From Lepidodermella squamata (taxonomy: Eukaryota > Animalia > Gastrotricha): DNA of 64,000 nucleotides. The stretch is from positions 2,610,225 through 2,674,224 of the forward strand of contig JBLDXI010000021.1 of the NCBI GenBank assembly GCA_047495785.1, written 5' to 3'. Made by a program: the position numbers and the translations under genes. Within the stretch, counting starts at the first letter, position 1. Each line of letters begins with the position of its first letter. Under the pieces are notes generated by a model, which saw nothing but the letters and a program-made list of their open reading frames with translations, was not told where the DNA came from and did not search any database. Below are positions 1-14,468 of this stretch, piece by piece.

Positions 1-12
1 TTTAATTTTCAG

Positions 13-252
13 TGTCAGAAAATGCGCGATGACATTGCCAAACTTCGCTCTCGTCTAGCGGACAAAGAAAAAGAATCATCTGAATCGATCCGACAAGCTA
101 CCTCAGAATTGCAGCAATCAAGTCTCAAGCTGTTCGAGGCAGCGTACAAGAAAATGTCTGCTGAACGCGGTAGTTCCGGTGGTTCGTCATCTGACCAGTC
201 CAATCAGCAGCAAAGTCAGGACAGTTCAAAATCCGAAGAACGTAAAAACTAA
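13..252 (+). CDS. HSPA9: Mitochondrial HSP70 (mortalin) last coding exon
   Basis: Acceptor ttttcag at 6-12; [27 protein letters not shown] matches the mortalin C-terminus (no EEVD); AATAAA ~275. Confidence 0.88.
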   Translation, partial: CQKMRDDIAKLRSRLADKEKESSESIRQATSELQQSSLKLFEAAYKKMSAERGSSGGSSSDQSNQQQSQDSSKSEERKN

Positions 253-1100
253 TTATGTTTAGGTATTAAATAATAATAAAAGATGCTCTTTTTGATTGTA
301 ATATCCTTTCGAAGCGCGTCTTGTGTGACAAGTTTTTATTTGAATCTTAGATTTATTTCTGTATCATCGAGGTTATTCGACCGGAAAAATATTATTTACG
401 AACAGAACCGAGCACAATGTGCCTTCTAGCGTCTCATCCCGTTGTTTTCATGATTGTGAATTAGTCCTCTGATAAATGATTATTGTTGCGGCTTTCTAAT
501 AAACACGAGCCTGTCTTTATTGCTGAATCTTACTTCGAGGTTGGATTCGTCGAGTGTACAATTTGTTCAACTCTACGATTACTTCATAGCAAGTTGCGAG
601 CTTGCAAAAGAAGACGACTTTCCAGGTATAAGTTAGCCCATTATTTTGAGTTGGCTTAGTATGCTGTCATTGAAAGATGAGAATCATCGGGATGTCTGCT
701 GCTTGATGTTCAACAAGCATCTCAAGTCGTAAAAGAGTGAGATCAGTGTTTTAGCGACAAGATTGACGTGCACTATTGACGTATGCTATTTTTCAAGAAT
801 ATTCAGTAGAAATGGGTAATCATCAATATTCACAAGAGAATGAGCTAATAGCTAATACACGCCGATAAGCATCACGTCTCATTAGTAAACGGCCTTGGCA
901 CTTCACGAATAAGCTGAACATTTGCAAATAGCTTCATCAGGTTACCCTCCCCCGCTGATGTCACAACTGTCGAACCCCCTCTTTTTCGCATGTCAATAAC
1001 AGATCAACCACCTTGTGAAATGATGAAATAAAAAAGTGAAAATCCGAGCATTAAAAATGTGGGGGTCGCAAAGAATCGAACTTCTTTCTTCTTTCTCCTC

Positions 1101-1148
1101 TTTCGCTCTCTCTGCTGGCTGTTCATATAGGCCCGATTTTGCATTTGC
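1101..1148. repeat. Dispersed ~50-bp repeat (also ~27421-27467 and ~32011-32051)
   Basis: Shared core ataggcccgattttgcatttgc preceded by a pyrimidine-rich tract at three loci. Confidence 0.7.
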
Positions 1149-2252
1149 AAACGATTTTTTAAGGTTGATTTTTTTAAATTGCGAACAAATTAATTTAATG
1201 AGGAAATCAACCGTAGTATAACCATAATAGAAATTTCAGTAGTTTTTCCGTAGTACTATTACAGTAGCACTCACTTTTCGACGATACTATTAATTATACT
1301 ACTACTACTATTATACTATCACTCCGCCTATTAAAATTACTACGGTAAAAAAAAATAAAAATCATCAACAATTAGTCGAACCACCGCATTCGACTAGAGC
1401 ACTGCTTCTAATTTTACAATGCAAATCGCACGATTTCTAATTATGAGTTGTTCTAATTAGCGAATTAGAACACGCATGTTTTTTTATTGCGCGTAATCAC
1501 TCATTCATAAAACAGCAACGCATTTTTTCGCACAACAATAAATTTTATTTTCTATCGCACACACAATACGCTGTTACTAACCGAGGCGAGGTTACAAAAG
1601 GCGAGCGCAGCGATGCCTTTAAAATCAAACGAGGCGAAGCCGAGTTTAGATGTGGAAGGCGAGTGAAGAGAGCCTGGATGAGACGTTGAAACGAGTCGAA
1701 GCATGAGTGGAACAAGGCGCAGCCGAGTGTAACGAGTGCGGAGACGAGTTTTAACGTATTTCAATTTTTTTAAGCAACAACTTTTCTGTCTGCTGTTTAT
1801 TGAACGTATTATCGCCGCCGCCAAGCAACTAAACTCCTATACCAAATACCTATAGTTGGGTTTTGGAATTCGCTTTCTTGATGATTACATATGTAGCTAC
1901 ATTAGATGCCGCGATTTCACCTCACCTGCTCTTTGCACTTGATACTTAATATTCTCAGAGTAGTCCACGGGCCGAATTTTCGGAACCCGACCCGGCCCGT
2001 ATATGAACGAATCTGAAAACCCGGCCTTTGCTGATTCCGCTTAATGAACGCCCGAAGGCATTTGATTCCACAAGTGCGGGCCACGGTACGACATGCTTAG
2101 CTGGCCTCGCTCGGACGTGTAGGTGGGTTTGAACATGGGTTCAAAATTACGACAGCTGTAGCCGTGGCTGCGATCGTGAACATCAACGTGTGAATTCATC
2201 CGGCGCCATCTGGTTCAGGCTCTTCCACACGAATGTACATAGGTGGCACATA

Positions 2253-2557
2253 GGGGGCACACAGTAGTTCAGTGGATAGCTGTCTGCTGTGTATTGAGCG
2301 TCAAGATCGATGGGCACGAGTTCGATCCCCACCCGGGTCGACCGTGGTTTATCAATGACGCTCTACCCCGACGGTGGCCGACCACTCCATCGTGTTACAA
2401 AAGTGAAAAGTGGTAGATTAGGAGTGTCAGCGAGACTGCACTAATCGCTACCGAGCTGTCCTCAAGAGACCCCAACAAGCGACCCTAAGAGCGCTCATTC
2501 GGGACCCATGGCTTCGGCCCATCCATTCAACGAATGGGACGTCTCAATAATAAAAAA
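2253..2557 (+). mobile_element. tRNA-derived SINE
   Basis: A box TAGTTCAGTGG (2265-2275), B box GAGTTCGATCC (2318-2328), non-tRNA body, A-rich tail aataataaaaaa (2546-2557); no canonical cloverleaf. Confidence 0.7.
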
Positions 2558-2627
2558 GGAATTTTCGAATTTTTTTTACATAGGTGCATCGCGTGTTTCT
2601 GGCCGACTGTTATAGCCACCCAAGTCG

Positions 2628-3699
2628 ATGCCGCAGCGCATCCGCCAATGGATGAGTGCCGTACTATCAGCTGTGAATGTACTATCAGTTATCAGATCAG
2701 TCTTTTTTCCATTATTTCCAAAGACGCCCGAGACTGAACCGTTCGTTTGTAATTTGACGAAAGGAACAACAACCACCAACCTGCAGTCGCCCGTTTTCGA
2801 CCACACCGTTTTGCAGAAGTTGATGCTTGAAGCCTATCAGTCGCCCGGGCCGCCCGCAAACCATGTTTTTATGCGAAGAATATAAAACGCCAAGTCAATT
2901 TTTACCTGTAGCGCATAAAAGAACGAATCCTTTGAGGAAGCAGATACGATTCTAATTCGATGGTTCACGCTGAAGAAAGGTCTCGAGAGGAACTACAATG
3001 TTGAACCGTTTCTTACCGACGTGCCATCGATGTTGATGAGACACGGCATCAGTAGCCGCGCTGACCTATTTACCCTCGTTCTGCAATACGAGCACGCCAT
3101 CGACATCATAAGACCACTGGTCAAGCCCGTCGATCTGAAACCATGCTGTGACACTAGATTCACCGATGTATACGATTTCGAACCGCCTGTCGGACGTGAG
3201 ACAGAGGTAAACGTCAATCTCGCGGGCCGAGTTCTACAATTCACCCATAAAGGCATCGTCACTACGACTCAGGGCGACCACAACCGCGACATTGCTGGGG
3301 CTGTCTTAACAGTCGTTAATTCAGTGAATGTTATGCTAAGTTAGTAATGCTATTTTTTATATTTATTCAGTTATTTGAAAGTCGCGGTGCTCAAGAGATC
3401 AAATTCATTTATTCATGTTTGAATCTTGATTTCTTTCGCAGATATCCTGATCTGGGGCGACAAGGAAGTAGCATTATTGGAACGTCAGCAGCGTGAACAC
3501 TTGATAGCTGGCAACATGTGTGGGCATTTTTGGTTCAAGCTCGTGTTCGACGGGATGGCATAATTGTGACGTGTGGCCGTACTTTCATCGGGCTTGACAG
3601 CACTGCTCGCCGAGATTTGATGGTGCAGCCCAACAGATCAGACCGCTGGGAGTTTCGCCGGACGGACACCGTTTTGTTGCGGGATCTCGAAGCAGCTCG
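2628..3699 (+). CDS. Possible multi-exon gene of unknown product, bounded by a MITE
   Basis: Three consecutive + ORFs (2628-2885, 3021-3344, 3518-) separated by short AT-rich intron-like gaps; no recognisable domain. Confidence 0.3.
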
Positions 3700-3701
3700 T
3701 A

Positions 3702-4920
3702 CCGTCAGTTGGGGCTATCCGGACGGCGAAAAAAAATTACCCCCTGATTTTTTTGCATTTTTACACGTTTCAGAAGGTCCTGATTCCAATGGAACCAGGA
3801 TTCCGAATAGCCCCACGGATGGGGCTATTCGGACAGGTGTGGGGCTATTAATTATACATAAATATTCAATTCAAATATTGCTAATATGCTGTGTTCAGTG
3901 GTCGAGTGGCTTTGGATGTGCTTCTAGAAAGCATAGCAAAGTACAACAGCAGGGTTCGAGTCCACGCCGCGGAGCAATTTTTCGTCCGAATAGCCGAATT
4001 GGGTCATTGGGGCTATTCGGACGAATGTTCATGCAAACGGGAGAATGAGCATGGCTCCAAAACTACCCGGCCGTTAGCAATGAAATTTTGCACGGAGTTT
4101 GGTGGAAAGACGACCCACATGCCATAAAAATTTCATGACCTGAGAGTAAGTGGTTGTGAAGATATGAGCTTACCTTTCAGGTGTAAGTTAAACTCAGTTT
4201 AAGCACTGTTCTGCGTTGAATTACCTGGACCAGATGAGAATTTTGCTGGACCTGCGATCAATTTTTTCTGAACCTACAGATGATAGGGCACCCATGAAAA
4301 TTTAAACCGCCCCGATCCGACTCATACTTTTGTCTAATTAATTGCGTCCTTTTAGCCCCACGGAAAAATGATGTTGTGGGGCTATTCGGTCTGCCATTTG
4401 AATATGCTAATGAACTGCGTTGTTCAAACGTTCCTGGCTGATTAAAGCGGACTTTTACTTCATTTACAATTTAATTTTTGAATAAGCTGGAAAGACTGCA
4501 AAATACTAGTGTTACTGGCCTACGACATTGCCAATTAATTAATTACGACTATAATTGACAAATAATTCAACTAAAAATCAGTGTTTTAGTTTGCTCAAAT
4601 TCTTGGGCATACAAATAATAATAATACAATTTTGCGGAAAAAAATTGCTCCGCGGCGTGGACTCGAACCCTGCTGTTGTACTTTGCTATGCTTTCTAGAA
4701 GCACATCCAAAGCCACTCGACCACTGAACACAGCATATTAGCAATATTTGAATTGAATATTTATGTATAATTAATAGCCCCACACCTGTCCGAATAGCCC
4801 CATCCGTGGGGCTATTCGGAATCCTGGTTCCATTGGAATCAGGACCTTCTGAAACGTGTAAAAATGCAAAAAAATCAGGGGGTAATTTTTTTTCGCCGTC
4901 CGGATAGCCCCAACTGACGG
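3702..4920. mobile_element. Non-autonomous Tc1/mariner-superfamily (CCGT-ended) element with ~280-bp TIRs
   Basis: 3702-3982 is the reverse complement of 4640-4920 (identical peptide appears in both ORF tracks); TA at 3700-3701 and 4921-4922; internal ggggctattcgg sub-repeats. Confidence 0.9.
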
Positions 4921-5774
4921 TATGATTTAAGCCACGTATTTCTTGATTTCCTGCTTTTAAATCATGAGAACTTGATGTAAAACCAATACATGCTTCCACT
5001 GCTAATTTCAAGTTAATTTATACTGGCAGTCATCGCCCGTACCTTTGTTGCCATGGCTAATGACAACGTTGACCCATCTATTTCGAAATTTCGCTCTGCG
5101 TTGTTATGGGCAGCCAAGTGCACCTACCAGAATAATCAAGCTGGGCTTGAAGAAATTTTCCGAAAAAAGCTGACGAATAACCACCAAATTCCGCCATTTT
5201 CAGGTGCAGCCTTTCGTCTCACTTGGCCAGTCATCGTTGAGATAAATTATTATAAAGACATTACTTTGATTGGACAAAAGCCGCTCGTTTTTTGCAGATT
5301 TGCGCCACCCACCTCGCCGCTCTTAATTTACTCGACAGAGTACCCCTTAATTAATGCCCTCGGTTTAGGCTGTTGCTTCATATGTTCTACGCCTTATCTT
5401 CCCTTTATCTTCTGTTGACCGTCTCTCATTCTTCTTTCGTTTTTTACTCTTGCTATCGTTTCTCGTATTATTAATAGTTTATCCGATATAATTATTCTAT
5501 CTCTTTACATTGTTGCTTTTCCAAAATGACCAGCTTTTCACATACTGACTTGTTGAGCGTTTTTTTTGTGTGCCAAAAATATATACAACCACAGTATTAT
5601 TACAGAATTTATACTCATCCCGGTGATTACACTGAAGTTGTGAAAATGAGAAAATATTTGTTGTTTTTCAATCTAAATTGTTGTTTTTCTCGGCGGATAC
5701 CTCGATGCTAATTTGTCTTTATCATTTCATGCACCTAGATATTAACGATATTTGAATTTCACGATCATCCTGTA

Positions 5775-7878
5775 ATGGAAGATTTCACCGACAGCCTAAC
5801 AGAACAGGTCATGACACATTATGGCGTTGAAGCCGCGGGCGATTTCGCCGAAGACCTTACTGCTGCAGATTGGGCAAGAATTAATGGTAATAGCCAATAT
5901 CATTTTTTTACAACAAAAATTAATTGCTGTCGTTGTTTCTTTAGCATGGTGCCAGTCAGATGATGCGCAAGCACAAGAGCCAGTCGTTGCCGCATTACCG
6001 CCGCCTGCTCCTACGTCATCGCCCACGCAAGTTTTAGGCCGTTTCGTGGTTAGCGCAGTTGGCCTTAGAACGGAGACCGAGATAGCGAGTTTCGCTACGG
6101 TCATACCGCCATCAGCTTACCATCGTCAGCGCCACGAATGTCTTTGCGAATTCGTCAGCCCGAGTTTCGGTTGTCTTCGGCGGCAAAGCACAGGCAGCTG
6201 CCTTCCAAGACCTCGGCCATATCCGTTTGCCTCTGGAAGACCGCCTCGTTTACCTGCAAAATTTCATGCCTATTCACCGCTCAACAGGTGTTCTCTACAA
6301 CATCCCTAGCGATGCCGAAGCAGAACGTTTTTTCGCGAAGCTAATCGACGAGCACTTCAATGCGATTGTGCCGATTCGCGATTGCTCCTCGCTGGCGACG
6401 AAGTAGGCGTTAAAAGGCTAACAAAACAATGCAGAGATAAAGCGAAGCGCAGCGTTTTTGTCGCTCGTCTTCCGCTCGACGTCACCGATGAAGACCTTCG
6501 CCTGTTAGCTTCTGGGAAGATTCTCGCCGAGATTATTATACGTGATAATGACCCGCGTTTGAATGCTCGCCGCAAGTCAGCAATCATTCGTTTCACAAGC
6601 CAACAAGAAGCTGTTGATTTCCTCGAAGCCGGTGGGCATTTCCGTGTCGTTCGCAACTGCGGAGTGGTCATTGACTTGATGGGTGCAGCGCGGCGCCTAT
6701 TCAATCACGAGGTGTACCGAGAAGATTGGGCTGCCGACGATCGCCTCGTTTACCTGACGGGTCTGCCGTTAGATGTCACGCTGTTTCAGCTGAAAGCTGC
6801 CTTCCCCGGCGTCACCGTTCATATGTACGCTCCATTTCGAGCCGTTTCACACTTCGCCTCACTCGAATTCGCTACGCGGGCCCAACGCGTCGATTTTTGC
6901 AACACCAACACAACGCCTTATGGTGTCATACAACCTGCGAACTCGATCTGCTCTACATTGATTGGCAGTTTCGAGGGGAAGCTGGCTTATTTGCCAAGCG
7001 GAAGGTTCTGGGAAAGCGAACCTGGCGAGCCCGAATTTTACGCAGCCAACACATTCTCACCCGAAGATCTGAAGATCGTCTTGGGCACTCAAACAGACGG
7101 CGACGTTGAGTCCATAGCCAAGGACAAATTGAGTCGCATCCTCGACGAACGCCTCTCAGGTGACCTCTTTGGAGCGGTTGAGAACGAGCTAAAGCGATTT
7201 CATGGAGATGCTGGCTCTGCCGCAGTCTCGGAATTTCGCCGTTTACGGAATGCCAGGCGCCAATCCGTCGTCTACACTCGGTTTTTTTGCCCCACAAACA
7301 ATGACACGATGTGTCCTCTTCAAATTTACTATCGCTTGCCCGAAGGCAGCCACAAAGCCAATCTGCGCGACTTGCTGTCGACGGAAATGACCCATCAAGC
7401 TTTCCTGAACGCCTTCTATAAGTTCTTGGAGCATCTCACCAGAGATGGAGACTTGATGGGTCGTTATTTAAGCCAGCGTCATCTGGGCTGCCGCGTTAAC
7501 TGCAAGGTGGATAATCTCAACTCCATCGACTACTGCGGCTACATTACCGAGAAGCTCGCCTTTCTAGGCGTAGAAAAGGAACATTGCTATGCCAATACTG
7601 TTTATATCAACTTTGATATCATCGGGTCGGATCTATTTTACATCGGTGCCTCGTGGCGAACATTCCTGCGTCCTGATGAACATCGGCGCCTGATGTATCA
7701 GCAAAAACTTAACAAAACTTTGGGTAATTTCTTCTTTAGGCAACGTTGCCCTTGCCCGTCGAATCCTTTTCGTTGCGTCATTTTGAAAGTTGCACCCTGT
7801 GCTTTCTACCTTGAGCAGCGCCTCATCGATGTTTGTTGGAATTTTATTTCTAACCTTGAGCGCTATCCGAGATATTAG
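5775..7878 (+). CDS. Protein with two RRM domains and a C-terminal GIY-YIG-like nuclease domain
   Basis: ORF 6382-7878: RRM1 (SVFVARLPLDVTDEDL...SAIIRF), RRM2 (LVYLTGLPLDVT...FASLEF), then TVY-x11-YIGAS..R..EH..LEQRLI..N. Exon 5775-5886 splices in frame (intron 5887-5944) to the same frame; one TAG at 6307-6309 unresolved. Confidence 0.72.
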
Positions 7879-8582
7879 CTTGTTTATTGCTGTTGTGCTT
7901 ATACGATTTCCTATTGCCTAGTGCTGGTTGGACGTAAATTTGCCGAAGCTACTTCAAGACTGTTTATTTGACACGTTTCCTTCAACCTTCAATGTTATCA
8001 AGTCGGAAGAAAGCTTCTTTTTGTTAAATGCGTTGGCTCATGCTATTACTTGCATTACTATGTATTATTTGCTTAGTCTCTATTGTGTCATCTCTGTCGG
8101 CTACCTAGTCCTGTGTCCTGTCTAACCCGTTTCGTTTCGATGGATTCACTCGGTGCCTTGTTGTTAATTAACCTGTCGTCTTCATTTTCATCAGCGATCC
8201 ACCACTATATTTATGTGCACTGAAAGATAGTCTACATTTTGAAAACGAGTTTAATTGATTGTTGGGATTTCATTTCGAAGCTATTATGCTTCCGCAGCAG
8301 ACACTAGGCACTTCAATTGTGCCGGAACCTCGAAAGTGTTAAAACCCTCAATTTTTGAATTATATACTTATTGACTGTATGAACGTCTATTGCCGCTGTA
8401 TTGCAACATGGAAGCCATTATTATACACGAGAAATAAACTGAGAGTTTTTATTTTCGTCTTATAAAAACCTACAAATGGAGTCCGGTTCAACAATAGTGC
8501 ACAGACTTGCGCATATCTTTCTTCTTTCCTTCGTTGAGCACAAATCAGGGAGCATCCCTGCAACCCAGTTGATCCTGAATCA

Positions 8583-9212
8583 TCACTTCTTTATCGCCTT
8601 CGCTGCAGTCGACGAATAGCCAAACAGGTTGAAATGTCGCAGCGAACGAACTGCCAAGTGAGTAGCACCAAGGGTAGCGCCGTAACGAACAGGGGCGATC
8701 AGCTTGTACAGTAAATATGCCACAGCAGCATTTCCTGCTGTCGAACGTAATGCTTCTTTCAATCTATCGTTTGTCAGACCCATGCGCTCTAGAAGTCCGG
8801 TTATGTCGAAACCGCTGATTTGAGTAATGCATAATACTTGCAATCAGCTTGCAATCACTTAAAATAAATCTCACCTAGACGCAAGTACATACAACCCGCT
8901 GTACCACCCCAAGCTGAGCACAAGGTGCACCGCCAACATGACCTTTCCGTATTCTCGATAAGCGGCCTTGAATCTTTGAACAAGGGTAGGTTTAACATTC
9001 GAACCATTGCCGTTCACAGGCGGTAAAGCTGGACAAGTTTTTATCGTTGGCTGCTCCCCGCTGGCTTGTTTGCTGCAAAAATTGCGAATATTGAATGTTC
9101 GATAACGATCTAGATGAAGTGCTCGCCGAGATAGACTGCTGGCGTGTAGCCAAGGCCTAGTAGTGAAGCAGGCAACGATGCGACCCGATGCCAGAAGACC
9201 GGCAAGCGCCAT
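8583..9212 (-). CDS. FAM210A: FAM210A-like (DUF1279) mitochondrial membrane protein; exons 9212-8875, 8814-8583
   Basis: QRFKAAYREYGKVMLAVHL...GNAAVAYLLYKLIAPVRYGATLGAT; Arg-rich presequence-like N-terminus; GT-AG intron keeps frame. Confidence 0.85.
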
Positions 9213-10390
9213 CTAGTATGAAAATCCTACATTTCGAAACAAAAGACGATTAGGCGTAGGTGTGTGCACACTTTTATTTATCATATTTATGTACAAAGAG
9301 GACATGGAACAACGCCAAAAAGAAATAAGCGGCAAAACGTAGACAAAACAAACTGGATAATCTTGACGGTCGATAAGATTGTTTCAGTTTATTGATCAAG
9401 ACACATGTGTTTTCACATATGATGACAATTCTTCACAATTCAGCTGAAAAAGGAAGAACGCAGTTGTTGCCACGTTTTGCCTACTACTTTTGATGACCGA
9501 ATGAGCAGGAGAAGAAAATATTTCAGAGAAAAAAATCGATGCAGCCAACGCATGCATGTGGTTGTTTTGAACAACGACAAGAAGGATTTTGCCAGTGTAT
9601 TTAAAATTTATATGACCCGCCGACGCTTTCAATAGGCCTTACGCAGAGAAATCCAGTTGACGCCTTGGGCGAGCATGTACAATAGCTGACCTACGTGATA
9701 TTTCATAAGAGAGGACTTGTGGGTTTAGAGCAGAGATGTAACAGAGTGGGACAGAAAAGCATGATCGCAGATTTAATTCAGAGATTGACTTTGCTTCTGT
9801 CACAAAATTTGCTTTCTTTATTAAACATTCGAAGCGAGAATCGGCGTATATCAAAACAGAAAAATTCAGTCACAGAAAACACGTCACAACACCGAGTTGA
9901 AACGAACGTTGCGATTCATTACACAAATTGATCATCGGTAGCTCGCAAAAACCGACTACGAGAATTTCAATTAAAAATGACAAAAAAGAAAAATAACGAT
10001 CGCCGACGTAACACTTGCAATCATGATCGTTACCATCATGATCAATATTACTATCATATTATTATCATTGAAATATCTATGCAAATAATTGCATCAAGCC
10101 TGTTGGCCTGTTCATCCGATCAAGCACAAAATACATGATGAATGAATGGGAGAGGAAAAAAACAAACGTTTCTAAAATATGTGAGCACGGTCATTTTGCT
10201 TGTTTCCATTGACACTTGCCCATGAAGTACGAGCGGCAAACGCAAACGGAACAGAAGGATCAAAGTTGTAAGGAGAGAACGCGAAAAAGCACAAATTACT
10301 ATGGAAAAATGGCCTAAGCCGATGCTAGAAGTCGGTTTCAAGTTGCTTCTTGTCAGGCGAGAGGCATGCCGATGGAATATCACGGCATGC

Positions 10391-12978
<2,588 letters not shown>

Positions 12979-14205
12979 ATGTTAAGCTGAATCAGTGGTA
13001 GAAAATCAACGACAAGATACCTGCCAAGGAACGGTCTAGAGTTTGACGAGTTCAGCAAGTCACTGTGCAAATAAAACGTGTGAGTGCTCAGACACTACAT
13101 TTATATACAAACGAGACAAACGATAATATTAATTTACGCTTTACCCTTTAATCGTGAATAAGAAATTAAGCAATTCGAGTGTTCAATTCTCAAGCTTGTT
13201 GAACTAGCGCAAGGAGAAGCCGCTGTATTAGAATGACGCGATTTTGGCATCAAAGAGTTACAGATTATGGCTGAATATCACGAGACTTCAAGATCCTTCA
13301 TAACGATCCCATCAGATGTACACAGCGATCTGATAATTGCGCGCTTATCTGCGATAATTTGAGAGAAACTAAATACCAATTACCAATACCGTTATACGTT
13401 ACGTAATAGCTTAAAGCTTAAAGTCGCTTCTAGCACAATCAGTCAACGCAAGCAAGTAGTAGACGTAGACGCAGCGGTGGTTTGCGCAGACGCTTACAGG
13501 GAGCCTACGCTTGGCGTAAGATGGCTGTTTAACTAACTTGACGCTCTGTGCCCCTTCTCTGAAACTGCGATTACTTGTTATTTATTAAAACAAAATTCAA
13601 ATTAATGTTGCCGGTGATAGAATATAATACAAATTATTATAAAATATAATTTTATAAAATTGAAAAATATTTGTTGTTGAAGACTAATTTGATGCTACAA
13701 AATTAAAGCTCCGACTTTTGGCGCCGATTTCAAACTAATGAAATTAGCTCTAGGACCGTTCAACAATCAACATATCTTTGATCGTTAATACCATCGTCTA
13801 CTCAGCCTCATCATCGACCATGCTTCCAATATGGATGTATTGAAAGTTTTATCATTCCCTCCGAAATTAATTGAATTTTACAGCCGCTGATCGTAAATCA
13901 GAAATCGTAGCCTTTCAGCATTTATTATTTATTTCTACTTCTATTTTCTATTGTGTTTTACCGATGTCACTGTGCTTATGGCCGGTACTTCTTGGTTACT
14001 ATATCTGGCTCAGTACCGAGTGCCTTCTGTTTTAGTCTAAATAAGGCGTATTAATGGAGGGAGTGATGTAGATTTTAAGCTTTCTGTGATACACTACGTC
14101 TATTAGTTTGTTCGCATTCCCTAATTATCTTCCCTATAGATATGTTGTACGCCTTTAGAGGATCTAAGCTTATACGGGATAAGCGATAATTTAAACTGTC
14201 GTAGC

Positions 14206-14468
14206 GGCCAAACTGTGAGGGTCACAATCGATCATCATATATCAATCGATTGCTGTAATAAAGGGCTACCGATTGGTGCCAAATCGAAGTCCACGCGGCA
14301 CATTCAGGGTCAAGTTTTGGCCTGAAGACGCGCATTTTTTCAACTTTGAAGGCAAAAATCATATTTCCAGAAGTTCCACGCGGAATTTGATTTGGCACCA
14401 ATCGATAGCCCTTTATTACAGCAATCGATTGATATATGATGATCGATTGTGACCCTCACGGTTTGACC
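14206..14468. mobile_element. MITE with ~80-bp TIRs
   Basis: 14206-14285 is a near-perfect inverted repeat of 14387-14468. Confidence 0.8.

Noticed and set aside
2253-2340. tRNA gene
   Set aside because: Has A/B boxes but no acceptor-stem cloverleaf; continues into SINE-like body and A tail.
3518-5011. Two ORFs sharing an identical ~95-aa peptide
   Set aside because: Artefact of the MITE's inverted repeats.
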